Assembly: GCA_964016885.1 (NCBI GenBank)
Contig: OZ024759.1
Coordinates: forward strand, 24,552,001 to 24,616,000
Direction: 5' to 3'
DNA: 64,000 bases
From: Eledone cirrhosa
Lineage: Eukaryota
Positions 44,158 to 58,559 of this stretch are shown here, one piece after another (the first letter of the stretch is position 1; each line of letters begins with the position of its first letter). The notes beneath the pieces were generated by a model that searched no databases, had not been told where the DNA came from, and saw only the letters and a list, made by a program, of their open reading frames with translations. Both the position numbers and the translations under genes were made by a program.

Positions 44158-44464
44158 CTTTGACTCTTTTACTGATTTCAGTCATTACATTGCAGTCTTG
44201 TTGGGGCAGATATATACATGTGTGTGGGTGGGTATATACGTGTGTGTATGTGTTTACACTAGGGCATGTGTGTGTGTGTGTGTGTGTGTACGTGAGTATG
44301 TGTGGGTACTTGAGTATGTGTGTGTATGTGCGTGTGTCTGTGTTTAGTTAGTTTGGTATAAATGTTTTCTTATTATATTTGGGGATGGCCATGTTGCCAG
44401 TATTGCCAATAACAAAACACACCATAAGATTTTTCACTTTATCTTTATTACTAGTTATTATTGG

Positions 44465-44875
44465 TTAGTTCGTCAAAGGTTTTTCGTCACACATTCTGTG
44501 ACCGTCTCAATGATTATCTTGGAACATCAAGCATAAGCAGTGAAAGAGTCACTCGCTGGGAAGAAAGGTTAGCGAGGCACTGCTCCCTGGTGCAGATACA
44601 CACTATGTCTAAACTGACTAAGATCTGGTGTTCGACATGCAAAAGTCACTCTTGCAAAATGAGGATATTTAAAGGATGGGGACGTTGTGTGTGATTGCGG
44701 CATCGAACAACAGGCTATGCAGCACCTCCTGACATGCTCCCTGCTGGAACACCCCCTACATCGCATTGGACTTGGCAGAGTGTAATGAGAAAGGACAGCA
44801 ATGTATTCAGCTGTGGTAGAACCACATCTAGCCAAGCTTTGTAACTGACACTGTTGTGGACACGACAAGAAGAAT
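44465..44875 (+). mobile_element. 3' fragment of an Ingi/Vingi- or RTEX-like LINE
   Basis: Reads CDCGIEQQAMQHLLTCSLL (C-terminal CCHC knuckle) and ends ggacacgacaagaagaa; clade assignment is uncertain. Confidence 0.6.
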
Positions 44876-45045
44876 CTGATCTCTTCTTTCTGGTCTTAAT
44901 CTGTTACTCCATCTTATCTTTTGTTTTATTTCCCTTTTATATTCAACATTCTGTTAACATGTCTTGAAAAAATTGATATCAACCGCTTAACTAATTTTCT
45001 TTCTTTTCTCTGTTCCAGGTGATTATCTCAGAGAGAGAAAATAAA

Positions 45046-45480
45046 CCTGAAGTAAGATACTGGCCAGGAATCTATCTAGGATCTCAAGATGTCTATGAAG
45101 GACAAAGAGGTTTTGTGGGCATCATGTCACATACATTGACAACCTAAAGTAAGATACTGGCAAGGAATCTATCTAGGATCTCAATATGGCTATGAAGGAC
45201 AAAGAGGTTTGTGGGCATCATGTCACATACATTGACCACCTAAAGTAAGATTCTGACCATGAATCTATCTAGGATCTCAATATGGCTATGAAGGACAAAG
45301 AGGTTTGTGGGCATCATGTCACATACATTGACCACCTAAAGTAAGATTCTGACCATGAATCTATCTAGGATCTCAAGATAGCAATAGTGGACTAAGATAC
45401 TTGGACATCGTATCACATACATTGACAACCTAAAGTAAAACACTGGCCTGAAATATATTCATGAACTGAAGATGATAGTG
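45046..45480. repeat. ~96-bp tandem repeat, ~4.5 copies
   Basis: Units start at 45046, 45143, 45239, 45335 and 45429 (cctaaagtaagat..gaatctatctaggatctcaa..gtcacatacattgac). Confidence 0.95.
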
Positions 45481-45749
45481 GTGGACAGATAAGCGTAAAA
45501 AAGGACTTTATAGGCTTGGCCCAGGCGAGGGACGGCCTAACTATTATGCTTACATTTTACTGAAGTTTTGACAGGAATGGCCCACAGTATTGGTTCATAT
45601 GATTGGTGAGTACACCCTTTATATTATTATAACATTTTGATATTTTGATATTCAGGTCTATACTTTTTACGAATTGTATTAGCTTAATGTGTTGACCGCT
45701 ATATTTTGCCTTATAGATTGATAAAATGTATGTTTAGATAGATATGTTT

Positions 45750-46225
45750 CTTTATTAGCCGCAGGGGCACAAAAGAAGGGGACAAATACAAAGGGGGAAG
45801 TTTACATACAATAAAAACGTGTAAAATACTATCACAAATGCAATTTAAAAATTAATCGATTTTCCCCAATAGAGGGAGACATTACATATGGGTAACACAT
45901 ACCCCCGAAAAAAATGTGAAACCCTCATCTCCAGGAGTACGAAGAGTGAGAACCCCTTTCATCTCTTCCTCTTTTTCCTCAACCTACAGGCTGATATAGA
46001 GAGAAGGCCCATTCACTCGGGCCATTCTCGCCACTTTCACCCACCTTTCATAAAACTTGCTGGCGTCCTGATTCTTCTTCCAAAGTGGTATTTGATAAAA
46101 AGAATCAGTTGTTGGCCGGAGAGAAAGGTGTCTGACCTCAGCCCTTTTAACCTCGTCCACCATACAATCTCTTTCGCCATAGCTATCACACAAAGGAAAA
46201 CCGCCTCTCCTTCGTTTTTGAAGGA
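45750..46225 (-). mobile_element. second 5'-truncated Tx1/L1-like LINE copy
   Basis: EAVFLCVIAMAKEIVWWTRLKGLRSDTFLSGQQLI is homologous to the 13578-13955 ORF; same ggctaataaa 3' end; flanked by gata repeats. Confidence 0.8.
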
Positions 46226-46314
46226 TATATAGATAGATAGATAAATGGGTAGGCACAAATGGACATGTATCTGTGAACGGACATTTACTGACAGACAGAC
46301 TCACACACACACAC

Positions 46315-46429
<115 letters not shown>

Positions 46430-46527
46430 TTATATGTCAACAAATAATATAACATGATTGTAGAAAAACTCGCGATCAATATGCTGACAGCCATGAGTCC
46501 TAAACTTCGGTGCCTATAATTGCACGA

Positions 46528-47385
46528 ATAATTGTTTCTACTTTTGGCACGAGGCCAGCAATTACCCAGTGCATTACTGGTACTTTATTTTATCGACCCC
46601 GTAAGGATGAAAGGCAAAGTTAACCTCGGTGGGATTTGAACTCAGACCGTAAAGGTGTCATAACTCTATGCTATAGAGCATGGTGTCTGACGCTCGACGG
46701 ATCCTGCCAATCTACCGTCCTAATAATAATAATAATAATAATTGTTTCTACTTTTGGCACAAGGCCAGCAATTAACCAGTGGCAGCGGTGGTGGTGGGGG
46801 CTGAAAAGATGATCGATATGGTGATGGTGGTAGTAGTGGTGGTAATGATGGTGTTGGTGGCGGTGGTGGTATTGGTAGCGAAGGTGTTGGTGGTGATAGG
46901 GGTGGTTGTTATGAAGGTGCTTGAGAAGTCGATGAGTGTGATGGTGGTTGTTGAGTTGGTGATTGTTATAATTGTTTCTACTATTGGCACAAGGCCAGCA
47001 ATTATCCCAGTGTATTACTGGTACTTTATGTTATCGACCCCGTAAGGATGAAAGGCAAAGTTAACCTCGACGGGATTTAAACTCAGACCCTAAAGGTGTA
47101 ATAACTCTATGCTGCAAAGCATGGCGTCCAACCCTCTACCGATACTGCCAATTCACCACCCAATAATGGCGGTAGAGGGTCGGACAAATGTTAGGCTGTA
47201 TTTGTGCTGGTTCTTTATGTTCTGGGTTCAAACACTGCTGGAAACCACTTTACCATTCTTCCAGTCACATACTGGGGTCGATTTAATCAACTTTACTTCT
47301 CTACTCTACTCCACCACATCACGCTACTCCACCCCGCCGCCCAGCCAAAGTCATGTCCTTGTTCCTATATTAGAAACAATTATAA
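46528..47385. mobile_element. SINE cluster: 46528-46717 (-), tail 46740-46780 (-), 46969-47160 (-), degenerate 47168-47385 (+)
   Basis: Consensus matches. Confidence 0.85.
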
Positions 47386-47992
47386 CACTATTAGAATTTA
47401 ATACTTCGACATTTTTTGTTGCTGACATCAGCGGCGTCTTCGTCATTGTTGCAGTTGTTGTTGGTGTTGTTGTTATAGTTGTTGTTTCTATTGTTGTTGA
47501 TGTTGTTGTTGAAGATGACAGCTGATGACAATAGTCTGTTTCTGCCACGTAAACCAGAATATAATTCATTCCATTCATTTATGATTTACTCATTTATGTA
47601 TTTACTTACTTATTCATTACGTTTCAAGCTCTTCAATCAACATCAGGAATGCCCACAAAATACACCACCACCACCACCACGCATCACGGACCCACCATCA
47701 CCGCCGCCGCCACCACCACCACTATCACTATCATTATCACGATCACTATCGCCGCCGCCGCCACCACCACCACCACTAACACTATCACCACCACCACTAT
47801 CACTACTGCTATCACCACCACCTACACCACCACCACCACCACTAACACTATCACAACCACCACTACCACTGTCACTATCAGTGCTAACACCGACACACAG
47901 ACACACACACATACATATACATATACGCACAGCTTAATTCTAATGTTATTTTAAACACATCACCACCATCACAAAGACTGCCAGCGCCGCCA

Positions 47993-48032
<40 letters not shown>

Positions 48033-48181
48033 GACATAGATACACATATAACGCACACATTATTTCTAATGTTGTTATTTCAAACACACCGCCACACATC
48101 ATCGACAGACCACCACCACCACCACCACCAACACTGCCAGCGCCGCCACACACACACACGGACAGACACAAACACACACAG

Positions 48182-48213
<32 letters not shown>

Positions 48214-48241
48214 ACACACACACACACAGAGACACACAGAG

Positions 48242-48272
<31 letters not shown>

Positions 48273-48714
48273 TACATACATACATACATACATACATACA
48301 TACATACATACATACATACATACATACATAGACATATACTCACACGTTGTTATATTTATTTGAAATTATATACTAGCTGACGAAACAGTTGCTACAACTA
48401 CTCGAATAATAGTTTTCATACATCAAAATGGCGACAATGTGTCAAAGATGATCTCGAAACAAGAGTTTGATGTCGATATTGTTCTCTTCTGACGTTACAA
48501 ACGACTCCCAGAAGCCTGCTATAAATCAGTGTAGATTGGCATCACTATCGGATCATATATGTATATGTGTGTGTGTGTGTATATATATATAAGCTTATAA
48601 ATATAGTTTCCATTTATTAATATATTGTGTATTTACTCCACTAAACTGTTGAGTGCTTTATATCAGTTATAAAAAATGTTAAGCTTGTTGAATCCCAACA
48701 AATTAAATATAACC

Positions 48715-48803
<89 letters not shown>

Positions 48804-48971
48804 CTCCTCTACGGTAACCCTTCTACCTTTGTTTTGTTTTCATTTTCATTTTCACTTTTCTCCTATTTCTCACTCACTTCTTACCTCGAGATTTCCCATC
48901 TGCATTGTTGTGGCTTTCTAAACTACATATTTTACACATTTCACAATGCTTCAAGCAAACTTTAACACCCT

Positions 48972-49023
<52 letters not shown>

Positions 49024-49024
<1 letters not shown>

Positions 49025-49353
49025 GTTAAAAGAATAGAGGTGTAACACACAAGTTATTATATATTGGTGAACGGAATAGAAAATGCTGACAAATTGTTCA
49101 CAGTTGAAAAATGGTTTAATTAGGAATAAAAGAGTATTAGTGATTGTATGGGTTAGTATTCAGTGAGCAAACAGCACGGACACTCTATCTCAAAATTATT
49201 TTTGAAAAGCATTTAGAAATGCGCAACCGGTAAAAACTTAAAAACTTAAAACCACAACTGAATACTAACCCATACAATCACTAATACTCTTTTATTCCTA
49301 ATTAAACCATTTTTCAACTGTGAACAATTTGTCAGCATTTTCTATTCCGTTTA

Positions 49354-49360
<7 letters not shown>
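49024..49360. mobile_element. TA-embedded hairpin+tail element, family G
   Basis: ~105-bp inverted arms (49059-49164 / 49257-49362); the loop has tTGAAAA-GCATtt..aATGC-GcAA-CCGG-TA, similar to family F. Confidence 0.75.
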
Positions 49361-49389
<29 letters not shown>

Positions 49390-49488
49390 GAGGTTATATT
49401 TAATTTGTTGGGATTCAACAAGCTTAACATTTTTTTATAACTGATATAAAGCACTCAACAGTTTAGTGGAGTAAATACACAATATATT

Positions 49489-49525
<37 letters not shown>

Positions 49526-49658
49526 ATATATGTGTGTGTATATATATGTATATATATATATATGTATATGTGTGTGTGTATATATTTATATATATGTGTG
49601 TGTGTATGTGTGTATGTATATATGTGTATATATATATTTGCATATATGTATATATATG

Positions 49659-49689
<31 letters not shown>

Positions 49690-49760
49690 GTGTGTATGAA
49701 TCTGCAGATACATGTGTGTCTGTACGTATTTGATACAGCCTTATATAACTTCATACTTGC

Positions 49761-49794
<34 letters not shown>

Positions 49795-50234
49795 TATATA
49801 TATATGACAGCGAATAATATAGAATTTGGGGGTGAATTTGATCGGACCATATGATTATGTGTAAGGGAGAATATTGCTAAGTCATCGATAAATATACTAT
49901 ATAGAGTAGAGAAATTAGCTGTAATTAAGGGTGTAATTTGCATGGTGTACATAGATGAGGCGACATCTTTAAATAAACCACATTTATGCTAGAACACAGT
50001 AAGAATTTGAAGATTTTCAGGTAAATCTATTATATATACAAATCTATTATATAAACTACAGTTTTTGAATTACAATATTTGATACCTGCTATTTCAAGTG
50101 TTAACCTAATATATACCTTCCATATACTGTACCGATTGTGTTGTTATTTTTGTTTACCTTTTACACACACATATATATATATATATATATGTGTGTGTAT
50201 ATATATATGGTTTAGGGATTGTGACGTCAATTAT

Positions 50235-50285
<51 letters not shown>

Positions 50286-50468
50286 CTTATATATATTTGT
50301 GTGTGTGTGTGTGCGCGCATGAGCACCTGTGTGCAATTTTGTGCAGGAGCGCATACGTATATGTAAGTATATATATATATATATACACACAGACACACAC
50401 GCACACACATATATATATATATGCATATATATATATATACATACATATATATATATATACATATATAC

Positions 50469-50519
<51 letters not shown>

Positions 50520-50522
50520 TAC

Positions 50523-50554
<32 letters not shown>

Positions 50555-50555
50555 G

Positions 50556-50617
<62 letters not shown>

Positions 50618-50621
50618 TACA

Positions 50622-50654
<33 letters not shown>

Positions 50655-50655
50655 G

Positions 50656-50735
<80 letters not shown>

Positions 50736-50749
50736 TACATATATATATG

Positions 50750-50788
<39 letters not shown>

Positions 50789-51278
50789 CATACATATATA
50801 TATACATATATATATATATACATACAATATATTTTTATATATATATATATATATAATATATATATATATATAAAGAAAGAAACCTTCTTTCCTGCGTTGT
50901 TCAGGCGAAGATTTTTCCCCCAACACCTATGTTGACAGATCTGAAATCACGAAAGTGTTTGCTCATTCTGACAACAACGTCATATATTGGCTAAATTATA
51001 TTATATTTTCCATTCAGAATACAAGAATATAAAACCGAATGTTGGCAATAATTCTTTAGAATTATCAATTTACGTCGACACTGACATCTTAGCTTGTGTC
51101 AAATCTACATAAACTGTATTTATTTCATTAATAAATTGTTCCTGTCAAAAGGGCTTGCTTGCACAAATAAAATATTTTCGAACATTTCGTATTAATAATC
51201 TGTATCACTCGCTATACGGATACAAACGAACAGATACATTCGTACATGCATACGTACATACTTGCATACATACATATG

Positions 51279-51332
<54 letters not shown>

Positions 51333-51429
51333 AATGTATGTATATATAAAGAGAGGGATATAGATATGTGTATTTGAAGTATATAGATATAGATAGATAT
51401 ATAGATAAGTAGGTACGTCAGTACGTACG

Positions 51430-51460
<31 letters not shown>

Positions 51461-52027
51461 ATGGGTAGGCAGGTAGGTACATATGTATGTAGATGGGTAG
51501 ATAGATGGAAGGATATATAGATAAATAGATAGATAGATATATAGATAGATAGATTGTTAAATAAATGGGTTGTGAGTGAAAGACTGATTTATACTTGTAA
51601 ATCTCACATTTTTCTGTCATAAAATCTGTTATTCATCCTAAATCTAAGAAGATACAGAGACGCTATTGAAACTATTCATTGTAAATTATACACGACAGCC
51701 ATCTTAACTACAGAATACTCCCCACAAGAATGTTATACTTGTATGAAGTCTCACAGTGATTGACCTCAACGATTCATTTGTTTAAATATGTTAATTTTTC
51801 ACGCCTCTTCCTATATAATTGCCTGCATCTACTTAGTGTGAAGGTAAGTGGTTTAGTGCTTTGTGCTACGATCAGATGACGGTCGTAAGGTTGTGAGTTC
51901 GAGTCAGTCTTGGATAGAAGGTTTTGTGGTCTTCTATTTTATCTCTCTACAATCTGAGTTCAAATCCCATTGAGGTTAACTTTGCCTTTTTGCATCGTCT
52001 CACTCAATCTATCTCTTTTTCTCCCCT

Positions 52028-52062
<35 letters not shown>

Positions 52063-52739
52063 TTTCTCTCTCTCTTTCTCTATCTTTCTCCCCCTCTCTT
52101 TCTTTCTCTCTCCCCTCTCTCTCTATCTCTATCTCTTCCTCCCTCGCTCCCTCTATTTCTACATCCCCCTTTCTCTATTTCCACGCCTTCTTTTTCTGCA
52201 CCTTTCTCTTTCTCCCCCCCCCCACCCCCCCCCCACCCCCCCACCCCCCCCCTCTCTCTCCGGAAAGAGAGAGAAGATATTGACTGCATTCCGACTTGAA
52301 GAAGGATGTCCTCCGCCAGGTCTATACGACCAAGAAACGCTCCGTATCTTTACGATACAGTTATAACTGTCTTAAGAGAAAAGTTCATTCCTTATATTAT
52401 TGAGCTGTATATGTAGGCATATATGATGTGTTTATGAATAGTAAACATATAAGTCTCGCTTATCAGATATAGTATCAGTAATAGAAATACCAATGGAAAC
52501 ATTGTTTCTTTGATCCAATTTTACGAGCTCCGCCCTACTCGGTAAACAAATGAGGTCTGAGATCTTATCTATTGATTCGATCGGTGAATGTTTTAAGATG
52601 TAATCATATCACAGGTCCCTCAGTAGCCCAGCGAGAACTCCAGATGGTTTACTAGCTGCTGTGGAACTAACTTATACCGAACTCGTCTCATCGACTCAGT
52701 GCTCTCCTTACTACGGATATAACATCCTCAGTATTCTAC

Positions 52740-52816
<77 letters not shown>

Positions 52817-52819
52817 ACA

Positions 52820-52867
<48 letters not shown>

Positions 52868-52870
52868 ACA

Positions 52871-52908
<38 letters not shown>

Positions 52909-53000
52909 ACATATATGTATATATATATATACATAACATATATATATAATATGTATGTCTATATATCTATATCTATATCTACAATTATATATATATATGT

Positions 53001-53067
<67 letters not shown>

Positions 53068-53143
53068 ACATACATAACATATATATATATATGTAATTGT
53101 AGATATAGATATAGATATATAGACATACATATTATATATATAT

Positions 53144-53261
<118 letters not shown>

Positions 53262-53394
53262 ATTTGAGGCGCTAAAAACCAGTTAGACAATTACTCACCA
53301 GAGTAAACTCGATACTTGGGGTAGTAGAATGGGTAATATGAAAATATTCAGGACCCCAACGGCCAGAGCTCAGCCGTCGGGGTACTGAATTTTT

Positions 53395-53395
<1 letters not shown>
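53262..53395 (-). mobile_element. degenerate family A-like fragment
   Basis: atacttggggtagtagaatgggtaata...ggaccccaacggccagagctcagccgtcggggt. Confidence 0.65.
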
Positions 53396-53464
<69 letters not shown>

Positions 53465-53746
53465 CATGGGGTGAAGTGGGCATATCGGTGGAATGGGTGA
53501 TATTTCATTTGCTTGAGATCCTGGATACCATTGGATCTGTGTATAGGTATTTATGTTCAAGTTAAAGAAACTGGCGGCCACGGTTACTTACACACACAAA
53601 CGCAGGTACATAGACATATATGTACATTCATGCACACATATATGAACATATACATACATACGCACATGCATATGTATATATATATGTATGTATATATGCA
53701 TGTATATGTGTGTGTGTATGTATACATGTGTGTGTCTCTCTCTCTC

Positions 53747-53791
<45 letters not shown>

Positions 53792-53833
53792 ATGTATACA
53801 TGTGTGTGTCTCTCTCTCTCTATATATATATAC

Positions 53834-53875
<42 letters not shown>

Positions 53876-54242
53876 AATTACGGCAATGAGAATTCCATTA
53901 GGGTCATTTACGGAAAGCTAACACTAAAGAGAAGGGCTGGGGTTAGCTGTAAAAGGGAACAATTATAAAAGGGGTTAGTTTGCTTTCGTAAGTTGAGAGG
54001 GTTTGGTGAATTGGTGGGAGTAATTGACTAGAAAATGAGTCGCATATGTTCTTTGATGTCTATATACATCTGTAGAATATATATAAATATATGCCCACTG
54101 CTTGTAATTATGCGACAATAGATTTACACATGTATATACGCACACACGTATTCACAGATGGGCACGCACACATAGGTTCACGAAAACCCGCATTCCTGCA
54201 TTATATATGTATGTATAGATGTATATATATATGTATGTATAG

Positions 54243-54286
<44 letters not shown>

Positions 54287-54574
54287 GTGCATGTATATAT
54301 TTATATATATATAAACGTGTATGTATATACACATACACATAAATATATGAACGTATGTATGCAGGTATATATATATATATATAAATGAAAGTATAGAAAT
54401 TATTGTGAGCGTGAAGCCAACAGTATATATATATATATATAAACACACATGTGTATACATGCACACACATATATACATGTATGTAATGTATGTGTGAGTA
54501 TATATGATATGTATATATATATATAGAGAGAGAGAGACTTACATACATATATATATGTGTGCGTGTGTGTGTAA

Positions 54575-54761
54575 GTCGTGGTTCAGTGGTTAGAGCAGTG
54601 GGCTCACAATCAGTAGGTCATGAGTTCGAGTCCCGAATCATGTTGTGCGGTGACTGTGTGGTGAGTCCTTGAACACCACCCTTTATTTCATGCTGCTCCA
54701 GTTCACTGCGCTAGAAAAAGTGAGTTTAAAAAGTGAGTTGCGTCGTCACTGGTGCCAAGCT
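54575..54761 (+). mobile_element. tRNA-derived CORE-like SINE head
   Basis: gtggttcagtggttagagc A box, gagttcgagtcc B box, gtccttgaaca..ctttatttca.g.tgctccagttcact body. Confidence 0.65.
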
Positions 54762-54764
54762 GAG

Positions 54765-54798
<34 letters not shown>

Positions 54799-55180
54799 TA
54801 TATACCGAATTCGTAGACCAGTCCCCTTCTTCTTCTTCTTCCCCCCGTTAGACTTGTGCGAAATTCCTTCCTTGCTCACATTTCAACCAGGTTTGATGGT
54901 CTTTTGTCTCTTGTTCACGATTTCACCGAGTTTATATTCATAGAAATCTGGGACTTGTCTATTTCTTCTCACCTTCCGTTGCTTAAACCATTTTGTTTGT
55001 TACCCTAACGTCCCCTTTATTTACGTGTTCCAACGACTTTTTTTAGCCGTTGTTCGCACCAACCTGAGGTATATGGCCCTTAAAGCGATGAAAAGCCTGG
55101 GACGGTTGGAGGGTCACTGTTGAAGGACTTACTTTTCATATGCACCACCATTGCAACGCGCAGCCATCATTATTATATAT

Positions 55181-55270
<90 letters not shown>

Positions 55271-56087
55271 GTAGGAGGTGAGTTTTATTGTAGTACAATA
55301 AAGCAATGCAGATATCGGATAAGAAGCACTCTACAGTTTGTGGGATTGGAGTATGCATAATATAAGATCAAAAGATGGTTAAAGGAGTTCCATATATTTT
55401 ATTATGCGCATTTCAAAAACAAACATCATCAAGCAATAATATTTGTGTTTTCATCAGATAAAACAGGAGAACATGATATGAAGGCTAAAAAAAACACTTG
55501 TTGATAGTGCAGTTTTAAATCAATATATGAAAAGTGGTTTTAGATTGATGTGTGATATTGGGAAAAATATTTAGAGAGGGGGGGGGGGAGAAGGATGAAA
55601 GGGAGGGAGATGAGAGGGAGAGATGGGTGATAGAGAGAAAGAGATAGTTTTTATAACTGAGAGGAGATATATTTTTTTACATAGAGGGGTTGAAAACCGT
55701 TGGAAGATACTGTATAAATTTAATTTATACAGTATCTTCCAACGGGTTTTCAACCCCTCTATGTAAAAAAATATATCTCCTCTCAGTTATAAAAACTATC
55801 TCTTTCTCTCTATCACCCATCTCTCCCTCTCATCTCCCTCCCTTTTCATCCTTCTCCCCCCCCCCCCCTCTCTAAATATTTTTCCCAATATCACACATCA
55901 ATCTAAACCACTTTTCATATGTTGATTTAAAACTGCACTATCAACAAGTGTTTTTTTAGCCTTCATATCATGTTCTCCTGTTTTATCTGATGAAAACACA
56001 AATATTATTGCTTGATGATGTTTGTTTTTGAAATGCGCATAATAAAATATATGGAACTCCTTTAACCATCTTTTGATCTTATATTAT
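55271..56087 (-). mobile_element. large TA-embedded palindromic element, family H
   Basis: Near-perfect inverted arms 55357-55720 / 55722-56087, unique tail 55271-55356, (TA)n flanks. Confidence 0.9.
55981..56047 (+). ncRNA. minimal type I hammerhead ribozyme motif
   Basis: Stem I ttttat/ataaaa; CTGATGA 55987-55993; long G-U-rich stem II; GAAA 56030-56033; palindromic TGCGCA, then TA; mirror copy on the minus strand at 55397-55463. Confidence 0.75.
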
Positions 56088-56100
56088 ATGTATATATATA

Positions 56101-56135
<35 letters not shown>

Positions 56136-56169
56136 TATATATATATATATAATATATATATATATATAT

Positions 56170-56408
56170 ACAAATGGAAGTTCAGCAGAATCGAAGCTCT
56201 GACTGCAGCTAATGCTTATGAATGCAATCGGAATGTGCAGCTAAGCACTCAATAAGGTATTTTACCTTAGAGTAATAACATTCGATTCGTTTGCAATTTT
56301 GCAAACAACCTTAACTTTATAGCCAACATAAGAGCAAGAATGAAGTGTTCATTCTACTGACATGGCTATAAAATTGAGGCTTGTTTGCAAAATTGCAACG
56401 AATCGAAT
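56170..56408 (-). mobile_element. TA-adjacent hairpin+tail element, family I
   Basis: Inverted arms 56281-56325 / 56363-56408; tail 56170-56280 is inverse-homologous to 23035-23146. Confidence 0.65.
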
Positions 56409-56592
56409 TGGCAGTATCGGTAGAGGGTCGGACGCCATTCTTTCCAGCATAGTTACGTCCCTTTACGAATCTGAGTTCAAATCCTGCCGAGGTTGACTTT
56501 GCCTTTTCATCCTTACGGGGGTAGATAAAATAAGTACCAGTAATGAACTGGGTAATTCCTGGCCTTGTGCCTAAAGTAGAAAACAATTATTA
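56406..56592 (+). mobile_element. tRNA-derived SINE (young family)
   Basis: Full consensus match. Confidence 0.9.
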
Positions 56593-56617
56593 ATATTCGA
56601 ATAACTCAGATTACATT

Positions 56618-56652
<35 letters not shown>

Positions 56653-56686
56653 TATATATATTATATGAAAATATATATATATAATA

Positions 56687-57055
56687 TATAAAGAAAAAGG
56701 GATGAAATCGAAAATGCAACTGAAGTCTTATTTTTTTAAAAATATATATATTTATTTTTATAAATAAATATATATATTTTTAAAAAAAATAAGACTTCAG
56801 TTGCATTTTCGATTTCATCCCTTTTTCTTTATACTTCCACTCGTGTAGGACACCTCGGTTATTTTTCATTTTGTAAAAAAAAACTCACTTTCTAAAATAT
56901 AAATATATATATATATATTTATATGAATATATATATATATAAATGTAAGTATGTGTGTATACGTAATACATTTAAGTAAGTGCCGTACTAAGAGTGAGAA
57001 ATGACATTTCGTTTTCATTTTATTTCAACTATATATAAATGTATATATGTATATA

Positions 57056-57092
<37 letters not shown>

Positions 57093-57290
57093 GTGAGGTT
57101 TTTTTTACAAAATGAAAAATAACCGAGGTGTCCTACACGAGTGAAAGTATAAAGAAAAAGAGCTGAAATCGAAAATGCAACTGGAGTCTTATGTTTGTTA
57201 AAAATATATATATTTATTTGGAACCAAATAAATATATATATTTTTTTTTAAAATAAGACTCCAGTTGCATTTTCGATTTCATCTCTTTTT

Positions 57291-57296
<6 letters not shown>
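56687..57296. mobile_element. two mirror-image family F hairpin+tail elements (56687-56897 plus, 57086-57296 minus)
   Basis: Each has ~70-bp inverted arms; the shared tail cactcgtgtaggacacctcggtt...ctcactttctaa points into the intervening TA-rich tract. Confidence 0.8.
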
Positions 57297-57352
<56 letters not shown>

Positions 57353-57388
57353 GAATATATATATATGTATATATATATATTTATATGA

Positions 57389-57419
<31 letters not shown>

Positions 57420-57432
57420 TATATTTATATGA

Positions 57433-57463
<31 letters not shown>

Positions 57464-57536
57464 CATATATATATATACATATATATATATATACATATAT
57501 ATATACATATATATACATATATATACATATATATAC

Positions 57537-57680
<144 letters not shown>

Positions 57681-57932
57681 ACAAAATACATATATGTATA
57701 TATATGTATGAATAAAGTTTCACATGAGTATGTTTAACGTACCCAGATATTCTTGATAGTCTCATAAACCATGCACTAATAGATGGAACTTGCCGACAAG
57801 TAAGAATCACAATATCCACAGATGTTTGAACTTATAAAGTATATAACGTAGCCTCTCGTGTACTTCTAAATGTTTATTAAGATGGACGTTAAGAGCTTTA
57901 ACCCTTTAGCATTGACATTTCTCTCCGTGTGT

Positions 57933-58117
<185 letters not shown>

Positions 58118-58365
58118 CAATATATATATATATTTACTATATATATATATATTTACTATATATATATATATTTACTATATATATATACTATATATATATA
58201 TATATATATTTACTATATATACTATATATATATTTACTACATATATATATTTACTATATATATATATATTTATATATAGTAAATATATATATGTGTATAT
58301 ATATATATTTATATATAGTAAATATATATATATGTGTATATATATATATATATAGTAAATATATA

Positions 58366-58457
<92 letters not shown>

Positions 58458-58458
58458 A

Positions 58459-58489
<31 letters not shown>

Positions 58490-58559
58490 ACTATATATAT
58501 ATAGTAAATATATAAAGTATATATATAGTAAATATATATATATATTTACTATATATATA

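Noticed and set aside
49820-49952. FIDDLAIFS resembling a reverse transcriptase YxDD motif
   Set aside because: Isolated short match without other RT motifs
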